From positions 1,270-65,269 of the forward strand of contig JAQTME010000001.1 of the NCBI GenBank assembly GCA_028714535.1: DNA of 64,000 nt, given 5' to 3'. This DNA comes from Candidatus Iainarchaeum sp. (GTDB lineage Archaea; Micrarchaeota; Micrarchaeia; Anstonellales; Bilamarchaeaceae). The translations under genes were made by a program, and so were the position numbers. Shown here piece by piece: positions 1 through 8,601 of the stretch (positions are counted from its first letter, which is position 1; each line of letters starts with the position of its first letter). A model generated the notes under the pieces. The model saw only the letters and a program-made list of their open reading frames with translations. It was not told the origin of the DNA and did not search any database.

Positions 1-288
1 TTCTTCGAGTCGCGCACATCATTGGCCTCAAGGACTTCCGGGCTTGTCTGCCAGTCCATCAGTTTCCTTGACGACGTGCCTGCCTTGGGAGCAGGGCCTG
101 AATCAAAAAGCGTAAGGTGGTCAGTGGACGGCCGGTGCACGCGGGCGCTCGCGTTGCCTGCGCCTGTGGCGCCTGCAGCAACGCCGGTAAGGGCTGGTAC
201 CATGAATTCCGGCAGCACGAAATCTTTCGCCCTGCGGAACATCTCTTTCGCCTGCGCCATGATGCGCGACTGGCGGTTCGGCATATAC
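1..288 (-). CDS. hypothetical protein, N-terminal 96 codons; the gene runs off the window start
   Basis: On the minus strand an ATG at 286-288 opens a stop-free frame to position 1 (MYMPNRQSRIMAQAKEMFRRAKDFVLPEF...), mostly GC-rich at third positions. A TATA-like tatatata lies 45-55 nt upstream. It is absent from the ORF track because no stop falls inside the window. Confidence 0.3.
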
Positions 289-329
289 ATTACAAAGGAC
301 ATTCTATCCCTCCCACCCGTTTGTACAGT

Positions 330-357
330 ATTATATATAGACAAAACCCCTTTAAAA
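330..357. promoter_or_regulatory. TATA-box-like elements (ttatatatag and ctttaaaaacc) that could serve both strands
   Basis: AT-rich TATA-like octamers in a GC-rich context. They sit about 45 nt upstream of the minus-strand ATG at 288 and about 25 nt upstream of the ORF-poor region that starts near 365 on the plus strand. Confidence 0.3.
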
Positions 358-752
358 ACCACCACATAACGCATTTTGCGGCTGGCCTAAGCGTTATTTA
401 ATCTGTTATGACAGATATTCCTTTATGGGAAACATGGGATTGCATGCGGGTGCGGAAAAGCAGTCCGGCGGCATCATCAGGAGAGCAGGCCGGAAACTGC
501 TGCTGATTTTAAAGCTGAAAAAGCCTGGGCCGGATTCAGTAACGGCGCAGAAGAGACACACAGTGGTTCCCGATGCTCCAAAAGAGAAAAAGCCGGACGG
601 CGGGACTGGAGAGGGCCCCTGGGCATCGAGTGGTGTCCCACCTGGCACCCTTGATGCCTCCGACAGCGCCTGGACATTTGAGATGAATCGGCGCCGCTGA
701 ATCGAACCGTGCCGCCCTAATCGTTAAAAACATCCATCGGCAATAGCATCCC

Positions 753-2288
753 GTGGAACTGATCCCGCGCGCCTATCAGCTGGCGATATACAACTCAATC
801 ATGCAGAAAGGCAATACCCTAGTGGTATTGCCGACCGGGCTGGGCAAGACGCTCATAGGACTGATGCTCATCAAGGAGCGCATGGCCAAGGGCAGGTGCC
901 TGTTCATGACGCCCACGAAACCGTTGGGCAAGCAGCACCGCGACACCGTAATCAGCACCCTGGCGCTGGAGCAGGAGGAGGTCGCGCTGGTTAACGGTGA
1001 GATAGCGCCGAACAAGAGGAAGGAACTGTACAAGGCCAAGGTCGTGATAAGCACGCCCCAGACCATACGCAACGATTTGATGACCGGGCTGCTGGAACCG
1101 TCATTCTCATTGGTCATTTTCGACGAATGCCACAGGGCTGTGGGTGACTACGCCTACACTTATGTGGCAGAGAAGCTGGCCGGCAAGGACACGCTGTTCG
1201 TGGGGCTGACCGCCTCCCCTGGAGGGCGCAGGGACCGCATAAAGGAGGTCATGGCAGCGCTCCGCATAGAGAACGTGGAGATACGCGGCCACGACGACGC
1301 CGACGTCTCGCCGTACGTGCAGAAGAGCACGATAACGTGGATTCCAGTGGACCTGTCAGAGCACTTCAAGGAGATAAAGAAGAACCTGGACTCGATGACC
1401 GGAAAATACGCCCAGCGGCTCGCAGGCATGGGATTCCCGCCGCCGCTGAAGCACAAGGGGAATTTCCTCGCGCTGGGCGAACGCATACGAAACATACCGC
1501 ACAACATCAAATTCCCTGCGCTGGTGCAGTATTACGCCCTGCTCCACCTGCTCCACATGACCGAGCTGCTGGAGACCCAGGGCATCTACCCGCTTAGGGG
1601 ATACCTGAAGAAGCTGGGCGAGAAGGACAGCAAGTCAGCGAAACTTTTGCTGCACGAGCCTGCCATGGCCAGCATAGAGAAGCTGTGCGAGAAGGACGAG
1701 GACCATCCCAAGATGAAGGTGCTTATAGACACAGTGAAGAAGCTGTCCGGAGAGGGCAAGAAGATGATGGTGTTCGTGCAATACCGGTCGCAGATCGCGC
1801 GCATCGAAGACGTGCTGAATGCGAACGGAATAAGCGCGAAGCGTTTCGTGGGCAAGAAGGAGGGCGTGACCAGAAAGATACAGGAGGAGACCATCGCCGA
1901 ATTCAGGGAGGGCAAGTTCGACGTCATGGTCGCGTCAAGCATCGGTGAGGAAGGCCTGGACATACCGGCGGTTGACGCGGTCATATTCTACGAGCCTGTC
2001 CCCAGCGAGATAAGGAGCATCCAGAGGCGAGGGCGCGCCGCCCGCCTGAAGGAAGGCGAGGTGATCGTGCTGATGACCAGGGGCACAAGGGACGAATATT
2101 ACCATTACGCGTCGCAGAACCGCGAGAAGAAGATGAAGAGCATACTGCACGGCATGAAACGCACTGGCGTCGGCGGCATGGGAACGGCCGGCAGGGTCAA
2201 GAAGCGCGACGATTCGTTTGTAGTCGCCGACGAGCTGAAGAAGACGGCGAAGCAGAAACCCGGGCAAACGAAGATGACGGATTTCTAA
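753..2288 (+). CDS. hef: Hef/FANCM-like superfamily 2 helicase with DEAH/DECH box, helicase domain only
   Basis: The translation has a Walker A (VLPTGLGKT), a DECH box (IFDECHRAV), motif III (TASPG) and a C-terminal helicase domain (QRRGRAAR). It starts with GTG and has a TATA-like cgttaaaaaca centred about 27 nt upstream, so it is probably leaderless. Confidence 0.75.
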   Translation: MELIPRAYQLAIYNSIMQKGNTLVVLPTGLGKTLIGLMLIKERMAKGRCLFMTPTKPLGKQHRDTVISTLALEQEEVALVNGEIAPNKRKELYKAKVVISTPQTIRNDLMTGLLEPSFSLVIFDECHRAVGDYAYTYVAEKLAGKDTLFVGLTASPGGRRDRIKEVMAALRIENVEIRGHDDADVSPYVQKSTITWIPVDLSEHFKEIKKNLDSMTGKYAQRLAGMGFPPPLKHKGNFLALGERIRNIPHNIKFPALVQYYALLHLLHMTELLETQGIYPLRGYLKKLGEKDSKSAKLLLHEPAMASIEKLCEKDEDHPKMKVLIDTVKKLSGEGKKMMVFVQYRSQIARIEDVLNANGISAKRFVGKKEGVTRKIQEETIAEFREGKFDVMVASSIGEEGLDIPAVDAVIFYEPVPSEIRSIQRRGRAARLKEGEVIVLMTRGTRDEYYHYASQNREKKMKSILHGMKRTGVGGMGTAGRVKKRDDSFVVADELKKTAKQKPGQTKMTDF

Positions 2289-3463
2289 TCCCGTTTTACC
2301 CTGCTGACGCTCGTCTCCATTATGAACGCGAACTGCTCCTCGTCAAGGCCGTAGAAGTCCATGACCGCCTCGGGCTGCGCCTTCCCGTATTCCTTGATGA
2401 GCGGCAGGTAGTAGAGCGCCGCCTTCCTTCCCGTGTGCAGCCTTGCGCCCAGTTTCGCACCGATGGCCTTGAGCATGGCCCTGCGCTCCATGCTCCTGGA
2501 CATGTTCCTGAGGTAGGATGGGAAATTGTACCTGGTGAACTTGTGGTACGGCCGCGCCTTCGCAAGCGCGACGCCCGCCGTCGCAAGGTCTATGGAATAT
2601 TTCAGCAGCTGCCATTTCTGCTTCTTTATCCTGCCGTCGAAGATATCAGCCTTGGAAAGCGAATCGTAGGCAGCCGCTATGTCCGCCACGGTCTCGTATT
2701 CGAGCGGGATGTTCTCGTCTATCCACAGCTTTATGAAATCATAATCTATGTCGCCGCGCACGGCTTCCTTGGCCGCCGCGTAGGTCTCCGCCTTGAGTAT
2801 GTCCCTGACGATGGTGAAGATGTCCTTTTCAGTGTCGCGCACGGTAGGCGTGAGCGCCTGGAGGTCGTTCAGCGCGGCGCGCACGTCGCCGTGGGAGTTG
2901 TCTGCCATGGCGCCTATGGCTTCGGCCGAGAGCCCGAGCTTCTCATTGGAAGATATGTGCGCCAGCAGCTTCCGTATGGAGACCTTGCTAACACGCTTCA
3001 ACTCGACGATTTCGCATTCGTTGCGTATGGGCGCCAGCTTCTTGTCCCAGACATCAGTGGCAGTGACTATGGTCGGGCAGGGCGATTCGCGCAGGAAGTC
3101 GGTGATGGCGCCTGAGCCGCCGCTGTCCGCGCGCCCGGCCAATACGTCCGCGTCGTCGATGAGCACGAGCCTGCCGCGGCCGAAAAGCCCGCCTGCCAGC
3201 GACGCGCCGTGCGTTATCCGTTCAACACGCTCGCGGTTGCGCAATTCGCTCGCATTGAGCTCCAGCAGGTCCAAATCGAACTCCTGCTTTATGGCATATG
3301 CCATGGTCGTCTTGCCTATGCCGGGGGGACCCCAGAGGAGGAGGGGCTTCCTTTTCTTGCCGCTGAGCCACTGGAGAACCCAGTTTTTTACATGGGCGAC
3401 CCGGTCCTCGTTGCCCAGCAGCTCATCGAGCTTTTTCGGCGCGTATTTGACAGTATAAAGCAT
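2285..3463 (-). CDS. rfcL: replication factor C large subunit
   Basis: N-terminal KYAPKKLDELLGNED followed by the AAA+ Walker A LLLWGPPGIGKTT and the LVLIDDAD box. The C-terminal region is typical of archaeal RFC-L. Its stop overlaps the hef stop by 4 nt. Confidence 0.85.
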   Translation of the reverse strand: MLYTVKYAPKKLDELLGNEDRVAHVKNWVLQWLSGKKRKPLLLWGPPGIGKTTMAYAIKQEFDLDLLELNASELRNRERVERITHGASLAGGLFGRGRLVLIDDADVLAGRADSGGSGAITDFLRESPCPTIVTATDVWDKKLAPIRNECEIVELKRVSKVSIRKLLAHISSNEKLGLSAEAIGAMADNSHGDVRAALNDLQALTPTVRDTEKDIFTIVRDILKAETYAAAKEAVRGDIDYDFIKLWIDENIPLEYETVADIAAAYDSLSKADIFDGRIKKQKWQLLKYSIDLATAGVALAKARPYHKFTRYNFPSYLRNMSRSMERRAMLKAIGAKLGARLHTGRKAALYYLPLIKEYGKAQPEAVMDFYGLDEEQFAFIMETSVSRVKRD

Positions 3464-5314
3464 CTACACCCTCGCTTTCACGGCTTCTTTCCAGAAGTCC
3501 CCGACCTCGTCTTCCGGACGTTCCGACACAACGGTTTTCTCGTCCTTGTTTAAAATCCATGAGTACTTGCCCCACTGGAAGCGCTCGTCCATGTAGACCA
3601 CGGCGACGCGGTCGCCGTCCTTCCTGCGGGCCCGGCCTGCGGCCTGGAGCGCCTTTATGGTGCCGGGGTAGAGGTAGCCGTAGTCCCAGCCCCTGCCGAA
3701 CTTCCCGTCGTAATAGTCTATGAGCGCGCGCTTTTCCACGTCCATCTCGTCTAGGGCGACGCCGACGATGACAACCGTCTTTATCTCGCCAGCGCAATAA
3801 TCAACGCCCTCTGCCAGGGAGCCGCCCTGCACCCCGCACAGCACCTGCCCGCCGTGCCTGAACTCCTTGAGCATCTGCCTGACCTCGTGCGGCTTCATGC
3901 CGCTCTTCTGCACCAGCATGCTGCGCGGGCGCATGAGCGGAAGCACAGCGTCCATGACGACGTAGGACGGGAAGAAGATGGCGGTGCCGCCAGGCGTCGC
4001 TTCTATCACAGAGTCGAGCTTGCCTGCTATGGCTGCATAGCCCTCATCGTCGCGCCTGGAATACTTGGTCGTCACATCAGGCGTCACGATGTTGACTATA
4101 CTCTCGGTATTGAACGGCGAAGGGTAGCTCTTCATGGTGGTCCGCTGCGGGTCGAGGCCGAGCACGTCCCTGTGCATCTGCAACGGCAGCAGCGTGCCGC
4201 TCATGAGCACGGACGACGCGCATGCGTTCAGCGCTTTTGTGGCCGGCGAAGGGTCCAGCAGCCGCTTGGACAGGTAGAAATTGCCGTTCTTCCTCTTGAG
4301 CACGCGCACGGATTCCTCCTCACCCTCGCCCCAGGCGGTGAGGAAGCCGGCGAGATTCAGGCAGGCGCTCTTCTTCCCTGTCTTCTCCACGATATCGAAG
4401 CCGGCCTCTGCCAGCTTCGGCACTATCTCGTCGACCGTCAGGCCGAAGCCTGCGATGAAATCGTGCAGCGAATACGGGGAGACCAGGCGCTCCTCGTCCC
4501 TGGCGAGTATCCGCTCTGCCCAGAGCGCGAACACCTCGTCCACGGGGCCTGCGTCCATGCCGAGGGAGCGCATCTCCTTCCTCACGCGCATGAACGTGAA
4601 GCCGTTCACGGAGCTGGACATGCTCTCGCGCACCCGGGAGGCAAGGTTGTGTGCCTCGTCTATTATCACGATTGAGTCCTCGAGCCGCTTTTTCACCTTG
4701 GCGAGGAACACGTCGCGTATTTTCGGCACCATGAGGTGGTAGTAATCCGCGATTATCACGTTGGACGACTCGCCAAGCTTCAGCAGCCATTCATATGGGC
4801 AGCAGCCGTGCTGCATGCCGAGTGCGATGAGCTCGTCGTGGCTCTTTGCTGCGCCATAGCCTCCCATGGCTTTCCTGAACACCAGCTCCGCCTTCAGCTC
4901 GCCAAGGCGGCCGTAGCCCCGCGCGTTGCCGTAGAACTGGCACTCCTGCTTCTTCCGCCTCCGCGCGCACGCGTTCTGGAAGCTTTCGTTGTCGAGCTGG
5001 GAGAGCGACCTGTCTATGCAGCAGTGGAACCTGCCCACCATGTCCACCGCGCGGAGCTGGAGCGAATGCCTTTCTGCGATGCCGCGCACCACGTCGAGCG
5101 CGATGCGATGCTGCGATATCTTGGGCGTGAGGAAGAAGACTGTCTGCTTCCGCTCCAGGGCGCTGGTCACCGCCGCTGAGAGGGCCGCATCCGACTTCCC
5201 GCTGCCTGTCGGGGCCTGGGCCATGAAGTTCCTGCCGTCGCATATGGCAGAGTATATGTCGTCCATCAGCGCCTTCTGGTGGGGGCGTACATGGTCATGG
5301 CGGAAGTAGGGCAT
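3464..5314 (-). CDS. xpd: XPD/Rad3-family 5'-3' DNA helicase with Fe-S cluster
   Basis: Walker A AQAPTGSGKS, a DEAH box (IIDEAHNL) and Fe-S domain cysteines (CC...C...CCPYEW). It is 616 aa and sits directly downstream of rfcL with no spacer. Confidence 0.85.
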   Translation of the reverse strand: MPYFRHDHVRPHQKALMDDIYSAICDGRNFMAQAPTGSGKSDAALSAAVTSALERKQTVFFLTPKISQHRIALDVVRGIAERHSLQLRAVDMVGRFHCCIDRSLSQLDNESFQNACARRRKKQECQFYGNARGYGRLGELKAELVFRKAMGGYGAAKSHDELIALGMQHGCCPYEWLLKLGESSNVIIADYYHLMVPKIRDVFLAKVKKRLEDSIVIIDEAHNLASRVRESMSSSVNGFTFMRVRKEMRSLGMDAGPVDEVFALWAERILARDEERLVSPYSLHDFIAGFGLTVDEIVPKLAEAGFDIVEKTGKKSACLNLAGFLTAWGEGEEESVRVLKRKNGNFYLSKRLLDPSPATKALNACASSVLMSGTLLPLQMHRDVLGLDPQRTTMKSYPSPFNTESIVNIVTPDVTTKYSRRDDEGYAAIAGKLDSVIEATPGGTAIFFPSYVVMDAVLPLMRPRSMLVQKSGMKPHEVRQMLKEFRHGGQVLCGVQGGSLAEGVDYCAGEIKTVVIVGVALDEMDVEKRALIDYYDGKFGRGWDYGYLYPGTIKALQAAGRARRKDGDRVAVVYMDERFQWGKYSWILNKDEKTVVSERPEDEVGDFWKEAVKARV

Positions 5315-5507
5315 AGAGAAGGATTTGCGGGGTGGTATTTAAGCGGGTTTTTCCGGCTCATTTCCGCAGGGAACGTCGCAACGTTCCCTGGGCCCCTTGT
5401 TCCGTGAACAAGTGGGCCGCAGGGGAAACGCAGGGAGGGGGCGCCCTCCCTTCATTTCCCTCTACGTTTCTGATTCCCTCCCCACGGAGTTGGAAATGAG
5501 GGGACGC

Positions 5508-5522
5508 GGGTGGTTTTTATTT
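5508..5522 (+). promoter_or_regulatory. TATA box for the transglutaminase-like gene
   Basis: tttttattttatta lies about 25-30 nt upstream of the ATG at 5543. Confidence 0.35.
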
Positions 5523-5542
5523 TATTATGCTGATGTTGTTCC

Positions 5543-6793
5543 GTGCGGACATTGATTCTAGCGCTCGCGTGCGCGTCCATGGTGCTGGCAGGCTGCTGCG
5601 ACATCCTCAACCCCACGACCTGCGACCCGCCGTACATGAAGAGCGGCGGCGCGTGCTGCCTCGACGAGAACTACAACTTCATGTGCGACAGCGAAGAGTA
5701 CGTGTGCGGCGACGGCTCCGTAGTCACGGACGAGAATGATTGCCCGGAGCCGGTCTTCTGCGATGACGGCAGCGTGGTATACGACATAGGGGACTGCCCG
5801 CCTGCGCAGCTTGGGCCTGGCCATTTCAGCTGCAACGAGCGGACCGAGCCGCCCTGCGACTTCTTCAAGGAGGCATACTGCCCGAAGTTCACGCCGACAG
5901 ACCTGGAGGTCAGGGTCGCGGCCGCAGAGGCCATAGCAGAGCATCCCGGCGCATATTCGCTGAACCAGCTGTTTGACATATACGACTGGATGAATAGCAA
6001 GGTATTCTACCAGAACGTGCCGCTGGACATGTCAGAGCCGTACTACCCGAACGAGACCCTGAGGACGCGCTCGGGCGACTGCAAGAACCAGGCCGTCCTC
6101 CTAGCATCCATGGTGGAGGCCATAGGCGGCAGGGCCAACGTGCGCCTCGTGCCCGAATGCCACCACGCGTTCCCGGTGGTCTACATAGGCAATGACACTG
6201 ACAGCCTGAACGCGACGTTCAGGGCGATACGGGCGCATTACAAGGACGCGGCAGACGCCACCCTCCACTACCGCTACTGGACAGAAGGCGGCCAGACGCT
6301 GTACTGGCTGATTTTCGATACCGCAGGCGCGCACTATCCAGGGACCACGCTGGACGACTGCCTTAACGCATCGCAGACGTTCGAGGTCTACGACTGCAAC
6401 TACACGGGCACGCTGAACGCGCCGCAGATAAGCGGGACAGAATACGGGCCATGGGGCATCATAGACGACACGAGGATAATACAGGCCGGATGGTCGAACT
6501 ACCAGGAGATCCTCGGGGAGCGGGTGAAGGACTATGCCTGGTGCCGCTATAACGTGTCCATACAGTCGCTGTCAGGCCCGATAGACTGGTTCGTCACCGA
6601 CTACAAGGGATACGTCGATTACAGGGCGGACAACGCGTTCAGCTATTACTGCGGCGGGAAATGGGTGCAGAACGGCGTGTGCGAGCTCAGCAGGGACACG
6701 ACGGACAGCATATACATACTGATCCATAACCCCAATGCCCGTTCGCAGGCGACTGTGGAGAGGAAAGTCACCGTCACGTGCTATGCGGAGTAG
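5543..6793 (+). CDS. secreted transglutaminase-like cysteine protease-fold protein, possibly a lipoprotein
   Basis: N-terminal signal with a lipobox-like LAGC. A Cys-rich N-domain is followed by a transglutaminase-like core (RSGDCKNQAVLLASMVEAIG). Confidence 0.65.
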   Translation: MRTLILALACASMVLAGCCDILNPTTCDPPYMKSGGACCLDENYNFMCDSEEYVCGDGSVVTDENDCPEPVFCDDGSVVYDIGDCPPAQLGPGHFSCNERTEPPCDFFKEAYCPKFTPTDLEVRVAAAEAIAEHPGAYSLNQLFDIYDWMNSKVFYQNVPLDMSEPYYPNETLRTRSGDCKNQAVLLASMVEAIGGRANVRLVPECHHAFPVVYIGNDTDSLNATFRAIRAHYKDAADATLHYRYWTEGGQTLYWLIFDTAGAHYPGTTLDDCLNASQTFEVYDCNYTGTLNAPQISGTEYGPWGIIDDTRIIQAGWSNYQEILGERVKDYAWCRYNVSIQSLSGPIDWFVTDYKGYVDYRADNAFSYYCGGKWVQNGVCELSRDTTDSIYILIHNPNARSQATVERKVTVTCYAE

Positions 6794-6801
6794 TTGTATG
6801 C

Positions 6802-7518
6802 ATGAAATTCCTCTATAACGCCCCGGCCATACTGCACAGGGGCGCCATAATAGTCGGCGACACCCATTTCGGCATGGAATCCAAGCTCCGCAGGAAGGGC
6901 ATATTCGACGAGCAGTTCAGCCTGCGGCTTTTCGAGAAGCTGAAGGGGCTGATAACGGCGCACAAGGCGAAGCGGCTCATACTCCTTGGCGATGTGAAGG
7001 AGGACATAACCATGCTGGACGCGATGACCGCGGACGTGCTCGCGCGGCTGTCGCTGCTTTGCGAAGTGACGGTAGTGCGCGGCAACCATGACGGCGGCAT
7101 CGAGCGCTGCGGCAGCGCCAGGATAGTGCCTTCTGCCGGCTTCGTATATGCCGGCCTGGGCCTGATGCACGGCCAGTCCTGGCCTGCGAAGGAGCTGATG
7201 GGGTGCGACTACCTGGTCAGCGGCCACCAGCACCCCCTCATCACCATGACGGACACGCTCGGCAGGCGGCACAGCGAGGCGGCATGGGTCATCGCGCCCG
7301 CAAACCATGAAAAAATCGCCGAAAAGTACGAAACCGCCAGCAAAAAGATAAAGCTCGTGCTCATGCCGGCCTTCAACCCGCTGGTCGGCTCGCCCATAAA
7401 TTTCACGTCGGAGGAGCATCTTGGCCCCGTTCTTAACAACAATCTATTTAAACTCAACGATGCATTAGTATTCCGTCTGGACGGGACGCGTCTGGGAAAA
7501 CTCCACAGCATAAAGTGA
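6802..7518 (+). CDS. calcineurin-like metallophosphoesterase
   Basis: Motifs GDTHFG, LGDV, GNHD and GHQH. The ORF as listed begins at a GTG upstream; I chose the ATG at 6802, after the stop of the preceding gene. Confidence 0.7.
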   Translation: MKFLYNAPAILHRGAIIVGDTHFGMESKLRRKGIFDEQFSLRLFEKLKGLITAHKAKRLILLGDVKEDITMLDAMTADVLARLSLLCEVTVVRGNHDGGIERCGSARIVPSAGFVYAGLGLMHGQSWPAKELMGCDYLVSGHQHPLITMTDTLGRRHSEAAWVIAPANHEKIAEKYETASKKIKLVLMPAFNPLVGSPINFTSEEHLGPVLNNNLFKLNDALVFRLDGTRLGKLHSIK

Positions 7519-7524
7519 TTTCAC

Positions 7525-7770
7525 ATGGGCACGCGACGGGGAAGGGAAAGGCTTGAAAGGTGCGTTTCGTGCGGCAGGGCCGTCCCGCGTGACAAGGCAG
7601 TCGAATATTCAACCAGGACTCATTTTACCACGGACCTGAAAGAGGACAACGTGACCTACACGAATTTCAGCGACTCCTACTATTGCATAAGCTGCGCGAA
7701 GCACAGGGGGATTTTCGAGAAGCTCAAGCAGCAGGCGCAGCGCAGAAGGGAGAGGGACTCGTATGGATGA
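7525..7770 (+). CDS. rps26e: 30S ribosomal protein S26e
   Basis: Matches the S26e signature: C-x2-C-G-R-x-VP-x-DKA near the N-terminus and YYC-x-SCA-x-H near the C-terminus. It is 81 aa and basic. Confidence 0.7.
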   Translation: MGTRRGRERLERCVSCGRAVPRDKAVEYSTRTHFTTDLKEDNVTYTNFSDSYYCISCAKHRGIFEKLKQQAQRRRERDSYG

Positions 7771-8053
7771 GGTATCCTTCGAAGGCAAGAGGTACATCGC
7801 GCTGAAGCAGGATATCGGAAACCTACCGCTCATTGTCGTGAAGGCGAAGAAAGGGTACATCGCCTGCAGCTACATAGACAAGGAAACCGCCGAGAAGGTC
7901 GGCGACATAGCCGCGTTCGTGTCCGGCGTCAAATGCCTGGACGACCTGAAAAAGGCGAAGATAAGGTACACGACCACCTGGGCCGAGGACCTCGGCATAA
8001 GGGAAGGGATGAGCGTAAAGAAGGCCCTCGAGATAATGGACGCCGAAGTGTGA
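7763..8053 (+). CDS. DUF1805 (YunC-like) domain protein
   Basis: 96 aa. The pattern IALKQDIGNLPLIVVKAKKGYIAC is typical of the small DUF1805 family common in archaea. It overlaps the rps26e stop. Confidence 0.55.
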   Translation: MDEVSFEGKRYIALKQDIGNLPLIVVKAKKGYIACSYIDKETAEKVGDIAAFVSGVKCLDDLKKAKIRYTTTWAEDLGIREGMSVKKALEIMDAEV

Positions 8054-8059
8054 AGGGCC

Positions 8060-8593
8060 CTAATTTTTGCGGAGCAGCGACCCCAGGAGCACCAGCGGGA
8101 GTATGAACAGCGCGTTGCACATGCTGTTCGGGTTGTTCTTGAAGAAGTTCTCCGGCTTGAGGTTGGCCAGGTTGCCTGCCAGCTCCTCGCACATCGCCTG
8201 GCTGGTGCTGGCGCCGAAAAGCCCGGTTGATGACGTCTGCTGGCTTATGTAGCCGCAGGCCTCCGGGTCCCGCGTTATCCTGGCCACGTCAAAGAAGCAG
8301 TCGTTCGCCTCGAGCTCGGCCCGCAGCGCCATGTCCTTGGTCGGCGCGTTGAGGCCGAAATTGAACCAGATGTTCTCGCATATGGCCTGGGCGGGACGGT
8401 TGCCGCCTGGCATGTGCGCCGTGGTGATGGCTGCGATGTGGTAGCATTCGATCCGCTCGGACATCCGCTCCAGCTGGTCACATTCGCCCGTGGTCTTCAT
8501 GCCCAGTGCAGTGGTCGGGGATGCGTCGCCATTCTGCGAGGTGCATCCCATCAGCATGAGAAAAAGGATTGTTGGGAAAATGGCCCGCTTCAC
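8060..8593 (-). CDS. Cys-rich putative lipoprotein with a C-terminal hydrophobic tail
   Basis: Lipobox LMLMGCTSQ after an N-terminal hydrophobic stretch. It has 8 Cys and a C-terminal ALFILPLVLLGSLLRKN segment. Confidence 0.45.
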   Translation of the reverse strand: MKRAIFPTILFLMLMGCTSQNGDASPTTALGMKTTGECDQLERMSERIECYHIAAITTAHMPGGNRPAQAICENIWFNFGLNAPTKDMALRAELEANDCFFDVARITRDPEACGYISQQTSSTGLFGASTSQAMCEELAGNLANLKPENFFKNNPNSMCNALFILPLVLLGSLLRKN

Positions 8594-8601
8594 GCTGACC
8601 C

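Noticed and set aside
22-401. Plus-strand ORFs 22..369 and 117..401
   Set aside because: They overlap the better-supported minus-strand partial gene (1..288). Their translations are Arg/Ala-rich with poor GC3 pattern and no start context.
480-515. CAGGCCGGAAACUGCUGCUG resembling the SRP RNA helix 8 GGAA-tetraloop motif
   Set aside because: The strand order of the conserved AGCA/GGAA internal-loop nucleotides does not match SRP RNA domain IV. I have left it inside the generic ncRNA candidate region only.
425-700. 91-aa ORF on the plus strand inside the long intergenic region
   Set aside because: Lys/Gly/Pro-rich low-complexity translation with no motif. It is more likely non-coding (see the ncRNA candidate finding).
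3854-5309. Plus-strand ORFs (3854..4675, 4281..4742, 4736..5179, 4989..5309) opposite xpd
   Set aside because: Antisense shadow ORFs opposite a clearly conserved helicase.
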